64,000 bases of DNA, from the NCBI GenBank assembly GCA_013239625.1, contig MU054187.1:20428897-20492896 (forward strand). Reading direction: 5' to 3'. The position numbers and the translations under genes are program-made. This stretch comes from Lama guanicoe (lineage: Eukaryota). Each line of letters starts with the position of its first letter. Positions within the stretch are counted from its first letter, which is position 1. This document shows positions 62,853 through 64,000 of the stretch, in pieces. Under the pieces are notes generated by a model. The model was not told the DNA's origin. It worked only from the letters and a program-made list of their open reading frames with translations, and did no database searches.

Positions 62853-64000
62853 CCATTTTGACAAAATACCAGGAATTTCCAATAATTTATGTTAGAAATT
62901 ATGCTGTTATTTTTATTTATCAATATGGAAAGTATGTTGTTATAAGTGAAATGCTGATGTGATAAGCTTACCCACAACCACAGTCAACTCCTATAGACGT
63001 AAACGTTCTTGAAGAATTCCTGAGTGTAAAATTCAACTTTTCTTCCTTCTCTTCAGCTGGGGAAGTTTTGTCATGCATGTTAACCAGGAACTCAGTGCTT
63101 ATGAACATAAACTCATACTAAGCACAGATGGAACATTGTAATTAATACCCGAAAATGGTTTCTGTGTAAACTTTTATTCTCCTCAAGAATAGTTTTATTA
63201 TTTTTCTATCAAGTTATCCACTTCATAATTATTGCAAAAAATGTTTTGATAATGACAGTGTGCTTCTTTTTAAATAATGATATTCTGTTTTCAATATATA
63301 TATACTGAAATATTTAAGATAAAAAAAATCCACTTCAATTCTCCACATTATTTTGTTGAATATATTTCATTGATCAACTCAACTCTACATTTTCTCTAGC
63401 ACCAAACCACAAAGAATTTTCCTAAGCAAGTGTTTTATCAAAGCAAAATTTTTAGAAAAAAACAGTTGTTTGTATTTTTAAATCAATTATTTGCCAGTGT
63501 AATAGGATTCTTGCTAAAAGTTTTTTCTAATTTCTCAAAAACTTAGCTTTTAAAGTGTTCAGATATTTATTTTCATTAGTATATGCATGTAAAAGAAGGA
63601 AAATTTAAAACAAAAATGGGGACAAATTTTAATTAGAAGAGCAGAGGAAGAAGTAAATAAAATAATGAGTTCTTCAATTTAGTATGAGAAATTTGGCTCA
63701 ATTTTTAATACAGCTTTTCTGTACATGAATCAGGAACAGAGAAAATGCTGATGTCATTTTTCCTGACATCTTGATTTAAGTCAAGGCAAAGCAATTATTG
63801 ACATAAAAATGTTTGTTCTAATGTAATTTCTAACTTATTATAATTTTTCCTTTACCAAAATTGTAGATACCCAAATGTTTAAATTTACTATCTTTAGTCT
63901 ATGGTAATAAATATAAATTTAGAGACGGGAGATAGAAAGTTTTTCCTTTGGCAGGAACTAAGGTGTTTAAAACTGGGAAAGCCTTCAGGTTTTAAACTCT

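Noticed and set aside
1..64000. A previously undescribed multi-gene system (defence, RT-associated, viral or horizontally transferred)
   Set aside because: All RT-like sequence is explained by decayed L1 and ERVL. There is no intact long ORF, operon-like layout or foreign-composition segment.

Overview
AT-rich mammalian non-coding DNA (intergenic or deep intronic), most likely from a camelid (alpaca, llama, vicugna or camel). The host call rests on three copies of a tRNA-Ala-derived Vic-1-type SINE, supported by an artiodactyl-type Tigger1 deletion derivative. I found no credible protein-coding gene, functional RNA gene, CRISPR array or prokaryotic system. The longer ORFs in the track are LINE-1/ERVL remnants, span the N gap (12890-13303), or are chance ORFs. 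The first ~39 kb is dense in transposon fossils: L1s of several ages (some nested), HAL1, L2, L3, Tigger1/MER2, MLT1 and a decayed ERVL gag-pol. The last ~25 kb has longer stretches where I recognise no repeat, and these could hold regulatory elements. The most notable oddities are an isolated CpG-rich young L1 5'UTR, three L1 5' ends within 9 kb, a probable 5'-inverted L1, a 66-bp tandem duplication with one-sided CpG/TpG differences, an unassigned ~100-bp fold-back element, a MER53 hairpin with a miR-1302-like arm, and two candidate non-coding exons. I found no convincing new biological system. Repeat family names come from my recall of consensus sequences and need Dfam/RepeatMasker confirmation. 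Boundaries are approximate unless a target-site duplication (TSD) is quoted.
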